From the NCBI RefSeq assembly GCF_006345805.1, contig NC_043000.1, positions 133,796,001-133,860,000 of the forward strand: DNA of 64,000 bases, written 5' to 3'. A model generated the notes under the pieces. The model saw only the letters and a program-made list of their open reading frames with translations, ran no database searches and was not told the origin of the DNA. Positions 62,909-64,000 of the stretch are shown here, in pieces. Source of the stretch: Octopus sinensis. Lineage: Eukaryota. The position numbers were made by a program, and so were the translations under genes. Positions within the stretch are counted from its first letter, which is position 1. Every line of letters starts with the position of its first letter.

Positions 62909-62945
<37 letters not shown>

Positions 62946-63311
62946 AGACTGTCTTGTATTCAATGCATGAAGACCAAAAAATTTTGCTTTTTTTTTTTAC
63001 TTCACAATTTAATGCTTGTGTCTTCTGTTAGGCACTAGATCTTTGTTTTTGCAAACCAGGCAGCATCCATCACACGCAAAACATTAAAAGGGATCTGGAT
63101 TCTCTTAACCTTGCCTTAGATCCCATAGCTGCTCAATCCTTGAGTTTGTATGACTTCTGATGATGTTTATACAGACTTCCCTTCACCTGTTATGATCAGC
63201 AGATTAAGGTCATCAAATTCTGATCCCTTTATCCTAGTATGCTTGATATCATTCTTCATCTTATCATTGTATCTAAGAAGAAATCTTCTTACATTTTGCA
63301 CTCTTGCACTG

Positions 63312-63842
63312 GTGTGTGTGTGTGAATGTGTGTGTGAAAATGTGTAGGTGTGTGAATGTGTGTGATTGTGTGTAAGTGAGTGAGTGTGTGTAAGTGAGCG
63401 AGTGTGTGTGTGTAAGTGAGCGAGTGTGTGTAAGTGAGCATGTGTGTGTGTGTGTGTAAGTGAGCGAGTGTGTGTGTGTGTGTGTGTGTAAGTGAGCGTG
63501 TGTGTGTGTGTCTGTGTGTGTAAGTGAGCGAGTGTGTGTGTAAGTGAGCGTGTGTGTGTGTGTAAGTGAGCGTGTGTGTGTGTGTAAGTGAGCGAGTGTG
63601 TGTGTGTAAGTGAGCGAGTGTGTGTGTGTGTAAGTGAGCGAGTGTGTGTGTGTAAGTGAGCGAGTGTGTGTGTGTAAGTGAGCGAGTGTGTGTGTGTAAG
63701 TGAGTGAGTGTGTGTGTGTGTGTGTGTGTAAGTGAGCGAGTGTGTGTGTGTAAGTGAGAGAGTGTGTATGTGCATAAGTGTGAGAGTGTGTATGTACATA
63801 AGTGTGGGAGTGTGTATGTGCATAAGTGGATGTGTGTGTGTG
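63312..63842 (+). repeat. Minisatellite of GTAAGTGAGCGA(GT)n units, about 17-20 copies
   Basis: Direct inspection. Source of the H/T/L-rich spurious ORFs. Confidence 0.92.
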
Positions 63843-64000
63843 CTGAATAGTTTTCACATTCCAAAGAAAATTTTGCAGTCTAGTCGAATCAGTCTTGCTC
63901 AGCAGACCTATGATACAAAAGCATTCCAGCCATGACTGTCTTGTTTCTTTATCTAGATACAGTGAATATAAAGGACAACATTATTTGTATCTTTTCCTAT

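Larger units (their letters stand above)
62460..62913. mobile_element. Palindromic double-hammerhead element: 214-bp arms (62460-62673 / 62700-62913), 26-bp spacer, about 70-bp unique left extension, in (TA)n
   Basis: 3 mismatches between arms; a hammerhead lies in each arm. Confidence 0.85.

Noticed and set aside
63000-63311. Protein-like frame (RFLLRYNDKM...GSEFDDLNLLIITGEGKSV) on the minus strand
   Set aside because: Three stops in about 100 codons, no splice signals and no recognisable family; needs BLASTx.
63167-63864. 191-218 aa His/Thr/Leu-rich ORFs
   Set aside because: Translations of the (GT)n-based minisatellite.

Overview
AT-rich, repeat-dense eukaryotic DNA. The (TA)n/(CA)n microsatellites and tRNA-headed SINE families look like an octopod (Octopus-type) genome; this is an inference and no search was run. 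The only host gene I can support is the 5' part of a Na+/Ca2+ exchanger (NCX/SLC8 family) on the minus strand. It starts at ATG 31797 and runs through exons of 288, 427, 74 and 168 nt plus a chain of hand-found micro-exons (15, 15, 18, 3, 21 and 24 nt) that the ORF track misses, leaving the window below 3097. A candidate TATA/Inr promoter lies near 34450-34480. The rest is transposon-derived: DD34D mariners, a Tc1 fold-back, a hAT MITE, CR1, RTE and R4-like LINE fragments, and several SINE families. The most unusual signal is a set of sequence-unrelated short elements, mostly inside (TA)n tracts, that are long head-to-head inverted repeats and/or carry type I hammerhead ribozyme cores. The best case is a 214-bp-arm palindrome at 62460-62913 with a complete hammerhead in each arm. 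These are most simply read as non-autonomous Penelope-like pLTR/retrozyme derivatives. All exon, ribozyme and family calls were made by eye and need RNA-seq, cleavage assays and repeat-library searches.
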